Shown here: positions 52,550 to 64,000 of the stretch, one piece after another
How the letters are laid out: each line of letters opens with the position of its first letter
How positions within the stretch are numbered: position 1 is the first letter of the stretch
Translations under genes and position numbers: made by a program
Assembly: GCA_049724395.1 (NCBI GenBank)
Contig: JAUGWO010000120.1
Span: forward strand, 62,001 to 126,000
DNA: 64,000 nt
From: Spongospora subterranea f. sp. subterranea
Lineage: Eukaryota
Direction of reading: 5' to 3'
The notes under the pieces: generated by a model
Databases searched by the model: none
What the model saw: the letters and a program-made list of their open reading frames with translations, nothing else
What the model was told of the DNA's origin: nothing

Positions 52550-54420
52550 GTGAACAACAGCTTTGTCCATAGATACGTTCAGAGAAATGCGTGCGCACAT
52601 AGGGCGCCAAGATCGAAACTAATGTTGCATGCTCGAACAGTAAAGCATGAAAAATTCTTACTTCGAAAGCAACAAGATCTTGAAACACTTCATGATTTTA
52701 ATGTGACAAGTAGTTATGAACTCGTCCAATCGGTTGAAAATGCATCTTCTGGTGAGGCTTCGACTTCGGAAGGCACCCATTCAGTACTGGAACAGCACTT
52801 TGATGATCAGGAAGAATTGAATGTTTTTCTAAAGATGCTGTTCGCCTTAGCATTAAACGGGTTAAAGGGCTCGTCTTCGCTCAAGAACTGCTTATACTGG
52901 CCAATCGAGAGCGACTCAATATCGACGGCAGGTTAACAGACAGCGTCGCATCATGATGCAGCATCTTGTCATTCCATGCTGGAGTATTTCCCAAGAAATC
53001 TTTTTTCTCCACAAAAAATCCTCTTCGATTTCCTTGATAGAAAGACATTGATTATTGAAGCTATCGACCGGTTCTGCTCTTGTTATTGACGGTCTTCACC
53101 AAAGAAAGGAGATGCGCATGAACAGCCTATCGAAGTACGATTACTTGCGAAGTATGTCAATCGGCCATTATTTGAATTCAATCCTTACATCGCCCCGAAC
53201 ATATATTGAATCATCTCTGGAAGTCAGTCGCTCATTTTTTCCGAAGAGAAACGAAGAATGGCTGACTAGACACATCACATCTTGGGCAGAGTATCATATC
53301 GCTGACGGAAGATTGCCAAGTTTACAACAGGGGAACAATTTGAAAGTCACATCTCTGATATTAGATGAAGATGTCCAACAGTGCTGTTTAAGTTAATTAC
53401 GTGTTCAGGTCAACGATTATTTGTCAAGCAGATCCTTTTCCCAATGGGTATCGACCTCGCTTCATGAAGGACTGGCAATGGAGAAACCTGCCAAGATTTT
53501 GCAACGCACTGTGCAGCGCCGATTGCACGTTCTTCAGTACCTTAGAGTGGTTCAAGGCAAAGGTCTTTACATCGACGGCCATGAGCGTAGTGAGGTTGTT
53601 GAATATGGCAAAAATTTCCTAGGCAGAATGCAGCAATATTAAACCCGGATGTCTAAATCTTCAGAAGATGAGATGGAGGAAGTTTCCACCCCAGAGTTAC
53701 GAAACGATGAACGACCCTTAATCATGGTCGTTCAATATGAAAGCTTTTTTAGTTCTTTTGATGGTAAGAATGGATGGGCATGAATCATCGGCCACTGCCC
53801 CAGAAAAGTTAAAGCATTGTGGTGTCGGAGTTCATTTGCGAATGCCATGGTAGGCTCCAGCTATCCCCTGAACAGCAACCGCTTCACCCTGAACTTCCAT
53901 CTGCTGCCATTACCATTATCAAACCCGGAAAAAACGCAGACGGTTTTTGGGATAACGGCGACCTTATGCCAATCAGACAAAGAATCGCATAATGCAGTTG
54001 TTCAAATTCCTACATCCTGGTTGCGATGCTCTCGTAATCTATGATAATTCTGCCAACCACCATGCATTTGCTTCATGATGCTTTGTTAGCAAACCGCTTA
54101 ACCCTGAGCGATGGTGAAAAAAACGTAAAATCTACGAGGCCAGGATGGTACATTTAGACAGTGTGAAAGTCGAGCATTGTATGGCGAAACAACAAGGACA
54201 GCAGAAAGGCTGCAGAACAATTTTACAAAAGCGTGGTTTGTGGCCTTCAAGCAGTTTATCGCTGAAACGCGCATGAACCTGTTAGGACAGCAACCAAACT
54301 TTCAGGAGCACCAAGAATGGCTCAACGAAACCGTTACTTCTGGAACCAGCATTTATTATTAAGTTTTTTTCCCAAATTTCCATTGTGATTCAACCACATT
54401 GAGATGTATTGGGGTACTGT
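52550..54420 (+). pseudogene. Second, heavily decayed Tc1/IS630-like transposase
   Basis: YIDGHERSEVV, KPGKNADGFW and FPKFHC motifs, same family as 20215-22310. Confidence 0.75.
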
Positions 54421-56511
54421 ACGCGTAATTTATGATGTATTTACCCAAATGCAAACCAATATTCATTGAGTATTCTACACCCCAACCGCAAATCAAATTA
54501 TCGTTTTATGACCATGCCCGGTATCCAGTTTGGACTTCGGCTCACGTCTTTTCCAACCACGTACGTTAATGTCATGGCAATACATGGAAGAAACTGACGC
54601 AATGGGGATCGCGTCTTCTGACATCAGTCTGCATGGATCCGGACAGGCGACAACATATTGTTAAATGGATCTCGCTGTTTACCTTACTCACGGCCTCAAT
54701 GTCACTTTTGAGCGCATGACTGCTTTAAACAGAAGTTTGCTGCACAATGTTATGCATACCATCGATCCCTCAAAGTTCATCGCGATATGTCGTGCTGTTG
54801 CTGGTCTTTCAACTGAAGGTCGCGTCCGATGTGAAAGCTGTCAGTTTTGAGTAACATCCTGTAGACACAAAAGATGAAAGTGTCAAGGCAAAGCCTTTAT
54901 ATGATTGTCTCAGCAGCCTTTGCACACAATGGTGCGTATTTTCCGAAGAACTGGTTCCGATGCCAAAACAGAACTGGTTGATTCTCATTCGTTGTCCAGG
55001 AGTGGTGGAGCAGGGCAAGGTCGGCAATCGTGTTGACATTTACTGTATCTTATTTGATGATCCTCTGGAACGTGGCGATTTCAATCGCTTGCCAGGTTAT
55101 CGATTGAAACTGGTATAAGCGCGGTTGCATAAACGAATCTCAGGTTTTGAATTGTATATACGGGCTTAAAAAATATTCGAAAAATCAACTCCTAGTAAGC
55201 TTATAGCTACAGCAGCACAAGCATCCTGATGTCTATTCTTCACGTTCACAGTTGTATCAGAGGATCGGTATAAATTTCGACGTCCACTCTCTTGTAAATT
55301 GCTGTTATAGAGGATCTGAAACCGAGTTGTTGCAAAGGCGTGCATATCGTTCGAACAAGTCCAAGTTAATCCCGTGTCTCGGACTCTCCATTGTAGAATT
55401 CATGGCCTCAGTGCTATTCGATGTATAAATGCCATATCGAAAGAACAGAAATACAGCCGTTGCCAAAGTCTTGGGGTTGGTATTTTAGTAATTCTTCATT
55501 CCGATGTCGAATATATGTGAGGGCAATGGCCAATCCCTCTTGTGCTGTGTCTTTGACAGTATGATGAACTCTTCCAGTTCGAAATCTGGTTTTCACATTT
55601 TGTTCCAGACTGGTTTTCACATTTGTTCCAGACGGAGCATGCAACATGCAATTAGACTCGGAGATGTTAGGCAAAATAACTGCCTTCTCTCGGTCATTCA
55701 TATATATTGAGAAAGGGTCATTCATTGATTTGAGATACACATGCCCTCAAATTGGAGTAGAAAGGCGGCCATTGATTCTTGTCTTCAGTAGGTACAACTG
55801 CGAAAGCAAGAGGCACTATCTGTAATTCTCCATCCATTATATTAACCGCCATATCATGCTGCCATTTGCTTTTCATGTGGCAAGCGTCATTGATGGTGAC
55901 TGGAAAACAGACTTTTGTTGCTTGAGAAGCGTAATTCCGGATGCATGCAGAATAAGTTCAGAACACCCATTGCGTGAATTGGGGAATAAGTATTTTGGTA
56001 CACATCATGAGTTACGTCGTGTTTTAAATTAAATTTTGTGAATTTCCGCAATTTCCCTGTAGTCACGCGCTCAAAGCGTCCAACGGGTACCTTGACCGTC
56101 AATGTCCTTCTTGAAAAAACAATTGCCAGGCTTGGAAACGAAAATGGGAACTTTGGATGTTTTGAAATTTAACCAAAACGGAGCAGCTTTAAGACCAAAA
56201 CAATTCCATTCAGGCAATTGGGTTTTACAAGGGCAATTTAGTTTCAATAAGCCGTTGCCCGCAGCAGCAGCATAGCAGCGACACCGGCTAAGGTTCAATT
56301 CTCACGTAACTGGTCATCACGATGTTTAGTTGATGAATAAGATATCAAGTGGTTTATTCAATCCTGTTTTGTATCATTCTTGGCATATGCGGATTCCTCA
56401 TGTGAGTGAATAATGACAAAACTGTTCTTTCGAAAAAACGATACTAATTTGTCGTGAGAGTAGCACATTTTATTGATGCTCAAAACTGATGCCGAAAATG
56501 GGTCAACGACA

Positions 56512-58278
56512 TCATTCGTCGTCTTCTTCGTCATCTTCTCCCTCACTACTTTCGTCCTCCTGCTCCCCTTTTTGGCCACTGGATCCTTCTTTGATCCCAT
56601 CTGATGGGCCTTTGCCGACATTAGATACCGCATTCTTTGTGGATTTTGCTTGTTTGTTCATCTCCTTGGTAGCAGGGCCAGCCTGTTTGAACATGTACCA
56701 GACGAAAACTGCAAGCCCGGCAAAGAACGTCGCCATGAAAGGGAATGGGTTGGAAGACATCATATCGGCGTACGGTGCAATAGCGGCGATAGCCATATCG
56801 ATATATTCGCCCATGAAGCGATCGCTGCCTTCTTTGTCACCGGTGGTCTCAACAGCAGGGGGCACAATCTCGGCGTTGGCCTTAATTTCCGCCTCATGCT
56901 TGACAGCCCAAGTCTTGGAAGCAAATTCATCTGCTTCAGCAACGGAGGAGCCCACATAGATGTTGTCGAATGCAGTCTGCGCTTGCATGGTCCAGATCTC
57001 AAAGGCGATGAAGCTGAATGGTTCCATACCCTTTCGCGCGTCGTCTGTGGAGAAGTGTGCTGGATTTGCAACCTGCTTTGGGGCCCAAACGCCATCGTAA
57101 TCGGGATTGTCGATCAAATCAGGTTTCCAGACACCCTTAAAAGCCGGGTTCATTATCATGGGTGGCTCCCAAACGCCGCATTGACCATCAGCACAATCTG
57201 GATTGTCAACTTCAGGAGCAACCCACTCTCCATCTTCGTCGGTGTCCCAGTCTTCGGGCTTCACAGCCGATGGATCCGCAACCTTCGCCGGTGCGTCATC
57301 CTTCCAGGCCGACGGCTGCAATCAATGCAACAACTTGGTTAGAGTTCTACCATACGGTCGTGCTAGATCAACAATGCAAGAAAAGTCACTAATGGTCAAA
57401 AACAAATTACGGTAACAACGATATATACAACAACGTGTTGATCACCTTGACGGCAGATAAATCAGGAATCTTCCTGGGTTGATCCTCATCCCAGTCGGAC
57501 GGCTTAGTTTGAGTGGGGTCGGGAATTTTGGCCTGGTCGTTCCATGTGGATGGCTTGACGTCATCTGGATCGGGAATGGTTTCCGACGGAACAATGGGCG
57601 GCATTAAATCAGCGCCCGACAGCAAATTACCCTCAACCTTGATGACTTGATCGACTTTCACCACATACGACTGGTTTTCATAGACGATTGCAGTGTAAAG
57701 ATGAGAGAACTTATCATTCATGACAGGGGGCATGTTTTGTGCATGATGCTCAGTGACTTCACCAGTAACCGGATTTTTATGCTTAAAAATCAGGTGAACT
57801 TTATCGGTGGCCCCACATTTATCGGGCCCAAACATCACGGTGTAGTCGCTGCCTTCGGCGTTAGTTGCTGCCTTGATGTAAGCTCCACCGCATTGAAGAT
57901 CTTTCACACGAACCTCGTACTGAATGACAGTTTCCTTGTTTTCCAACATGGAAACTGGACTCTCCAACTTACTGCTGATGGCGTAGTGTCGCGCTGGAAC
58001 GGGTACAATCAATGCATGCCCACCCTCTTCATGGCCATGGAACGCAAAATCTCCAGTACCAAGCTCAAACTCTCCAAGCTCCTTGGTGCTTTCGGGAACA
58101 CCCCATCCCGACGCGGACAGACTTGGATTTGTGAACGTTTCCATGAAAGCTTTCATTGCTACACCTAAATCAATATTAATGCACCTATACAAAGCGTTGT
58201 AACCTCGGCTAGACAACCTGACATAGCGCTTTGCATCAGAAGAACTGACCATAGCGCCAACGTCGCTCTCATCATCAT
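56512..58278 (-). CDS. CANX: Calnexin (exons 58278-58218, 58164-57446, 57315-56512)
   Basis: Signal peptide MMMRATLALWSVLLMQSAMS, QYEV...CGGAYIK, VMFGPDKCG, P-domain repeats (KPSDWDED, KPEDWD, GEWVAP, GVWKP), FEIWTM...FDNI, a TM helix and an acidic tail. Confidence 0.95.
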
Positions 58279-59126
58279 TCTAACACCACCAACTTCGATT
58301 GATGAGAGAAAATGGATAATGAGTCTACGATCGAAGGCGGTGTCTAAATATATGCGCTACTGGGACTCCTAACGGCTGCGCCAACTGTGGTAGAACACGT
58401 TACCTGTCGCGGACTTCTCGTGGATGACTTGCCGGTCGGATTAATTCTCGGGCGCCAGGCGCCAGGGCAATATCGAGCCAACTTATGTGCTCCGAATAAC
58501 TTATCTTTGGGTTACGTTGTCGTCAAATGGGTTGAAACTTTGCGGCCGTATACGATTACTATGATTTCTATTACCGAATCCTACCAGAGACATTATCAAC
58601 TCCATAAAACGTCGTCTATGATAGTTTCGTAGAAACAGTCTCCCAGGCTTAGGGGCTGAAATCCTCTTCTCAGCAAAGTTTTCCTCCGTCCCTCTAAAGC
58701 TCATTATCTCCATTGGCCAACTCAAAATGGCAGTCCTTTTCATGGGGATACACTTTGAAGCACTGAACGGCTTGCATTATCATGACGGCAATGAATCATT
58801 TCTAACCTTGGCATTTTATCGTTTGATTCGTCGACCTGACATAGCCGATTGTTTTAGCGGCAACGATGCATGTACGGTTCCTATGTCCGTTAAAAGGTCG
58901 CCGGTGTCGTTGTAACCGCGTCGTACAGAAACGGGGAACTTGAGGCTGCTTCTGTTATTCAGTAGAAAACATTTGTTGTTCAGGTCATTAGTAATGGGCA
59001 TTTGTACAAGCGTTCATTGTCTGCGAACTGCAGAACCGCTACAGAATATCGCCTGAACCTAAAAGTATCCTCAATAACTGTTGTCCTGAAACGAAGAGTC
59101 AAAATCATTGTATTATTTGCGATGTA

Positions 59127-59958
59127 TTACGCCTCGTGAACCGGAATGTTATGAATTTTCTCGATCAGTTCGCCTTTTTCGAAAAGGCCAGTGTAATCAA
59201 CCTAACCCACAACAATCCCATTAGGGCCAAACCCAAAAATCCAAACCCAAAGAAGCTAAATCCACCTTATTTTCGCACAAGATTTGTTTTAACTCCGGTA
59301 CCGAAAGGTGCTTCAACACCTCATCGGGCCAAGTAGCGGGCGGACCACTTGGTTTCTTGATTTCAGGTGGTCCGAGCAGGTTTTTCAGCTCAACTTCAAG
59401 TCCAGGTTTGATCGGTTTCCCCGCCCAAGTCACTGGAAATACAATACGGCAAACTGAAAAAAGCTGACTGGGTTGTCCGTACCTTGTCCATCGCTGTTGA
59501 CAACGAAAGCAACGGGTGTCTTGTATCCGACGATATTACAGTTTTTTCTAAGCTCATCGCTATGACGCTGTCGATCAATCGCAATACGGTATCCGAGTTT
59601 GGATTGGACTTTCTGAACGAAATTCATGACGGTTTCTGAGGACTCTTCGAACATAGCCAACATCGCAAAGTCGTCTTCATACTTGTTATATTCGCTGTTG
59701 AGAAAATTGATATGGTCAAGGCTGTTTATGGACTGTTCGTCCTGCCTAACGTTGAGGTTGATGACAAAGTCATTTTGGCTGGCTGAGCAGATATTACGTA
59801 TTAAGCGCAACGATGACGACGGCTGATTTCTTTTGGCGACGTTGGGCCCAATCAATTTCGCAGCCCTGGACATATTCCAAGCCGATTAACATGGGGAGTT
59901 CTGGTATCTCATCAGTTCCCCCATTTATAGCCGGGGAGGGAGACTCATCCGAAACCAT
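59127..59958 (-). CDS. Redoxin/TlpA-like thioredoxin-fold protein lacking CxxC, with C-terminal SAP-like motif (4 exons)
   Basis: Splicing at ~50-60-nt GT-AG introns (59797-59746, 59482-59433, and one from 59265) gives GLEYVQG...VVIVALNTQDEQSINSLDHI...PVAFVVNSDGQVTWAGKP...LSVPELKQILCENKVDYTGLFEKGELIEKI. Confidence 0.6.
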
Positions 59959-60185
59959 TGAAACCAATAAGTATTGTGTCGACTCCCTATCGTCCAGCGT
60001 TCAGTCAATTTCGGAATTCATCCGCATCTGTCGGTCCCCAATTGGACGGCTGAAAATATCCTTGCCAATCGTGGACGCAGCTTTTACAATCAGATGGAAT
60101 AGATATACTGCGCCGTAATTGCCAGAGCCAATCATGCCTCAGAAAAATGCACCTGGTTAAATTTATGATGCTTATCATATTTGGA

Positions 60186-60713
60186 CTAGAGGCTGAGGTT
60201 TTGGGACGGGAAATATGCATACATCCAATATAACATTCGCTCGTACTCGAGATCATCATTAGTTGTTATCACGACTTGATCAAGGGCAAGACGTTTACCA
60301 TCCCGTTCACGATCTGCCCACCTTCTTAAACTACGGACGGCAACGCGCGCTAAATCGTCGACTTCTTCGTCATGAAAGCATCCCTTCAGTGATGAGAATG
60401 CAACGCTTGAGAGTCGACCGTGGGCAGCAAGGTTTAATGCCGAAAAGTAAGCCGATGTGGTAACCGCTTCAGACCATAAGTCGGGTAGTGGCATATGAAC
60501 GAGAGCATTAGCCGGCAGATCTCCCGCCGTAGTGGTGACAGCTTTGGCGATCATTGCTGGGCGCTTATGTCTACATTCCTTAATTAGCCGATGACCAGCG
60601 GCATGGTAAATGGCACGAGATGCTCCGCGACGAGGAATCATACCGATGTTTGATCCAAGAATGATGGCTGGTGTAGCAAGTCGAGTAATATCACCTATCC
60701 GCAAAAACGACAT
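60186..60713 (-). CDS. Macrodomain protein (MacroD/GDAP2-like, divergent), ~175 aa
   Basis: GDIT...AI(ILGS)N...G..RAIYHAAG..L..EC...A..T.AG.LPA..LVH...SVAF...YFP pattern. Confidence 0.85.
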   Translation of the reverse strand: MSFLRIGDITRLATPAIILGSNIGMIPRRGASRAIYHAAGHRLIKECRHKRPAMIAKAVTTTAGDLPANALVHMPLPDLWSEAVTTSAYFSALNLAAHGRLSSVAFSSLKGCFHDEEVDDLARVAVRSLRRWADRERDGKRLALDQVVITTNDDLEYERMLYWMYAYFPSQNLSL

Positions 60714-61908
60714 TATTTTGATGAAGCCGATGGATCTGAAAAAACAAGGAAACAAAATTGCATCAGTAAATTAAATTAAAAACATTTGAAAAATAATAAA
60801 GCAAAAGGACCTAGCAAGTCTCTAATTACATAGAGGGAGTAACGCGTTGGTAGAAATGAGAACCGCTTATTGAAGCATGCATCGACCCATGCTCAAACAC
60901 AAAGACAGAAAAACGACAGATTTCACAGCTTTGGAGTGTTAAGAGAGGGGATACATCCGTGACCTTTCCAGAGACAAACGAGAGCATTAGCCGATTGCGA
61001 GAAGGGCTGACGCGGTTCTGGCAGGCGATACATCGAATGCGTTAGTGCAGCAACGTCGCCATTCCTGGCAAGAATCTGCTTCCAGGATGCGATCTGGCGC
61101 GCATAGGACAGCATGATCTTTGTGGCAATCTACAAGAGATGTATTGGTGTGTCGGTCCTTGACTGACTGATCGATCGGGTGATGACAGTCCAGCTCCTCA
61201 CTCAACGTTTCTTTCCAATGTACTGTACCAGTCGGACATGAAGTTCGCGGCCACCCAACCCCACCAGACCTGGGTTCGCTTTCGGCTCATCATGCCATTG
61301 CGCTGGTTGGCGGTTTTGTATTCTTCCAAGACGTTCATGTTCGACTAATTGAACGTCACTTTGAAAAAGCACGAAAACCTGACTCACCAGCTGAGATACT
61401 TGCACTGATTCAACTTGTGCTGTGGTAGAAGAGTGAGAAAAGAAGAGTCAATCGTCAACGTTTTGACCAGTGTCGTTATATATGCGCGGGGTGACGCTAC
61501 TCGACTTTTGAGACAATACTCTGGTTGTGCTGTTTGAACGAAATTTCTGATAAAAATCTACAGGTATTCGAATTTAACCTTATTTTACTTTGTCTATTCA
61601 GTTAGGGCAAGATTCATAGTCAATAATGTTTATTGAATCAATCGTTATCATCAAGGTTTCGACGTTGCGTCGAACTTGGATTGCATGATGAGCCGAATTT
61701 CTGGAGCAACAACGGGAGAATCATGTCGGAGCTTTCAACAATATCAAGAAAATATCATCCGGCCCAATCCTCTTTGGCTGTAAATATATAATATATTGAT
61801 AAACAGTCGTATTGACTCGAGAACTTTGAGCGCGTAGACTTCCTTGTAGTTTGACAGAACACCTGTCGCAGCATGATTACTTCTTTGGCAGATTGGGGAT
61901 ATGAACTG

Positions 61909-62796
61909 TCACAGAAATAGAAGGTCGTTAGTTTTGGGGTTTTTTCTATTATTTTTGGTGTTGTTTTGTGGAATCGGGCTGCAATCCAGTCTCAGAGTTT
62001 TGGGTTCAGGATATTGATTTTGTGGCAAAGACCAATCCAGCATCATGTTTTCCTTAGATGGGTCATGCACGGCTGGAGCACTGCCTGAAACCAGATCTAG
62101 CAGCCAGTTGTCGGTGGGCGAAGGCGCTACCGACCCACCGCTTGCTGCGGGCACCCTTTGCTTGCGCCTGGGCGCAACAATTATTGGCAACTGTACCGAT
62201 GAGCTGTCATCGCTGGACGACGACGATTTTGTGATTGTGGTCGAAACCGTTGAGGATGACGGAGAATTCAAAGGTGATCTTTGAGGTACGTTTCTGTGTG
62301 GCACCATTTGATAGCCAAATCCAGATATGCGCGAACGTGTTCGACGGGCAGTTTCGCGTTCTGTAATGAGACGCCCATCGTCGTCAAGTAAAGCCAAGAT
62401 GCAATCGGATTTCGCACGGATTTCGGCACCTTTGTCCTGACCGTGGACCAAAAACCGGTACTTGGATAACGAAAGGAAAACGTGTCGGCGAGCCTTCATG
62501 TCATCCACAAATCGTTGCAGCGCATGCCGTAAGCAGAAGTCGACCAGCTGAAGGCTCTTCTTCACGTGGAGAATCTGAGATCGATCCTGGATCCGCTTCA
62601 ACAACATGATGAGTATTGAGTCGTATAAACCCGGATCTTTCATGTCTCCGCAAACAGCCATCATCGAACGCGATGACGCGGGCCACGGTTCATTCGACGT
62701 AACCGCTCGCACACGGCGTTCAGCCATATTGTAATCCTTGATGGAATCTTTTGCCGAACGCAACATCGTCCGTAGGCGTTGTTTGACTAACGACAT
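61909..62796 (-). CDS. ENTH-domain (epsin-like) protein
   Basis: AERRVRAVTSNEPW, HVKKSLQLVDFCL, DKGAEIRAKS..ILALL.D..RL..ER, then a low-complexity tail with LLDL-like motifs. Confidence 0.9.
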   Translation of the reverse strand: MSLVKQRLRTMLRSAKDSIKDYNMAERRVRAVTSNEPWPASSRSMMAVCGDMKDPGLYDSILIMLLKRIQDRSQILHVKKSLQLVDFCLRHALQRFVDDMKARRHVFLSLSKYRFLVHGQDKGAEIRAKSDCILALLDDDGRLITERETARRTRSRISGFGYQMVPHRNVPQRSPLNSPSSSTVSTTITKSSSSSDDSSSVQLPIIVAPRRKQRVPAASGGSVAPSPTDNWLLDLVSGSAPAVHDPSKENMMLDWSLPQNQYPEPKTLRLDCSPIPQNNTKNNRKNPKTNDLLFL

Positions 62797-63356
62797 GCTC
62801 GCCTCAAATTTATCGAAAGCCGATTAAACAAATGCAGTCTGTCTCTCACCAGAGAAAGCCTCTGGAACCTGCTGTCGGAGGATCGGCCACCTTGGTGTCC
62901 ACGCTACCACTGGTTGCGTAAAGTTCAAGCGCCAAAGTCAATTGGACACGGTTTCGCCTCAGTCGGTTACAGCAGGTCCGATTCGTCTGCGACGGAGTTT
63001 TCCGTGTTTTGACTTTCCAAACTGCAAGTCAAAGTCAAGTGTTCGCGAAAATTCCGGATACAGTACAGCCATGTCCTCAAGGGGTAATTGCGAAACCAGT
63101 TTGTTTTATCGCCAGTTGCTCTATTCAGGGAAAACGCATTGGCTGAGGTACTTACGGCAACGTCTGCCATTGATGATTGCACATTGGGTGCTTTTGTTCA
63201 GCATCTGCGAAATCACCCATTAGATGATATATATTGATAATGTGGTACAAGTGCAGCAGCGGTAAATTCGGCGTCATATCAACTCGCAGTTGCGCATAGA
63301 TTGTATTGCCTGCATTCTTCACATTTATCCAAGTTTTTTACATTTGAAAACATGGG

Positions 63357-63852
63357 TTAGAAAGCGATCAGAACGCAGCAAACAAGAGAGAGGAAGACGA
63401 CGGCGAAGACGCGCACAGACGGTGTCCCACTGAAATCGGTAGCACTGCCTTGGCTTGCACCAGCCGCATTGAGTTTCTTCCCGGGAATTGCCGTCATCGC
63501 CGGAGCCATTGTATAACGTCCCGGAACAAACTTCTTGAACGATGACGACTTGACGTTGTATATTTCGCAACGCGTTTCGCTCTGGCTGCAGGTGGAATTG
63601 GCCAGAAAGGAAGCGCAGAATGCATCCTGTGTCGACGACGTTGTGCAGACGTCAGCAGGATCCACGGAACCATCCAAGGTCCTGGAAAGGACGTAATGCC
63701 CGGTTGCTTCACCCTGGGAGAACGCTGCCGTTGTGCCGCAAAAGCCTGGGGTTGCATGGTAAGGGACAGTGAAACAGAACATTGACTCCAAAATACCGAA
63801 TTTACTGCAATACTGAATTGTACCGAGACCGTCTGCATTTACAGGGCAGCCC
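63357..63852 (-). CDS. Last exon of a Cys-rich protein with hydrophobic C-terminus (TM or GPI signal)
   Basis: Open frame from an AG acceptor near 63853 (GCPVNADG...), several Cys, ending VFAVVFLSLVCCVLIAF*. Confidence 0.55.
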
Positions 63853-64000
63853 TAGAACAAGCCATGGTCACTCATTTGACTCAAAGGCACATCGAACGAT
63901 GATGAAAGCACATCGCGTTAGCAAACCGAACGCGGTCACCTCTAGACAGTTGGAGAATAAATTGGCTTACATAATCACCAAAAAATGGTCCACAGCGCAC

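Noticed and set aside
55414..55740. Lon-protease-like phrase (TG...VKDTAQ...ALTYIR)
   Set aside because: No catalytic GPSAG motif or other supporting sequence found nearby.
56489..58168. Long + strand ORFs (56489-56959, 56650-57342, 57647-58168)
   Set aside because: Antisense shadows of calnexin.

Overview
Eukaryotic, not prokaryotic, DNA. Host genes are compact with short (~50-60 nt) GT-AG introns, and the transposon families resemble those of oomycete-like or phytomyxid protists; the taxon is an inference. Positions ~1-48,500 are mostly decayed transposons: DD39D mariner, pogo, Tc1/IS630-like, MULE, hAT, Harbinger, Copia and Gypsy, several nested with recoverable TIRs and target duplications. 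One long orphan secreted-type ORF lies among them. Positions ~49,000-64,000 are gene-rich: an AID/APOBEC-like zinc deaminase, an atypical bZIP, calnexin, a CxxC-less redoxin-like gene, a divergent macrodomain, an ENTH protein and a membrane- or GPI-anchored protein. Two observations stand out. (1) An apparently intact two-exon AID/APOBEC-like deaminase (HAE-x28-PC-x11-C) sits at the border of the transposon block. (2) Unrelated DNA transposons (MULE, pogo, Tc1-like, possibly mariner) each carry an inverted copy of their own coding sequence downstream of the transposase, which could make hairpin RNA. All calls come from reading motifs by eye; no database search was run.
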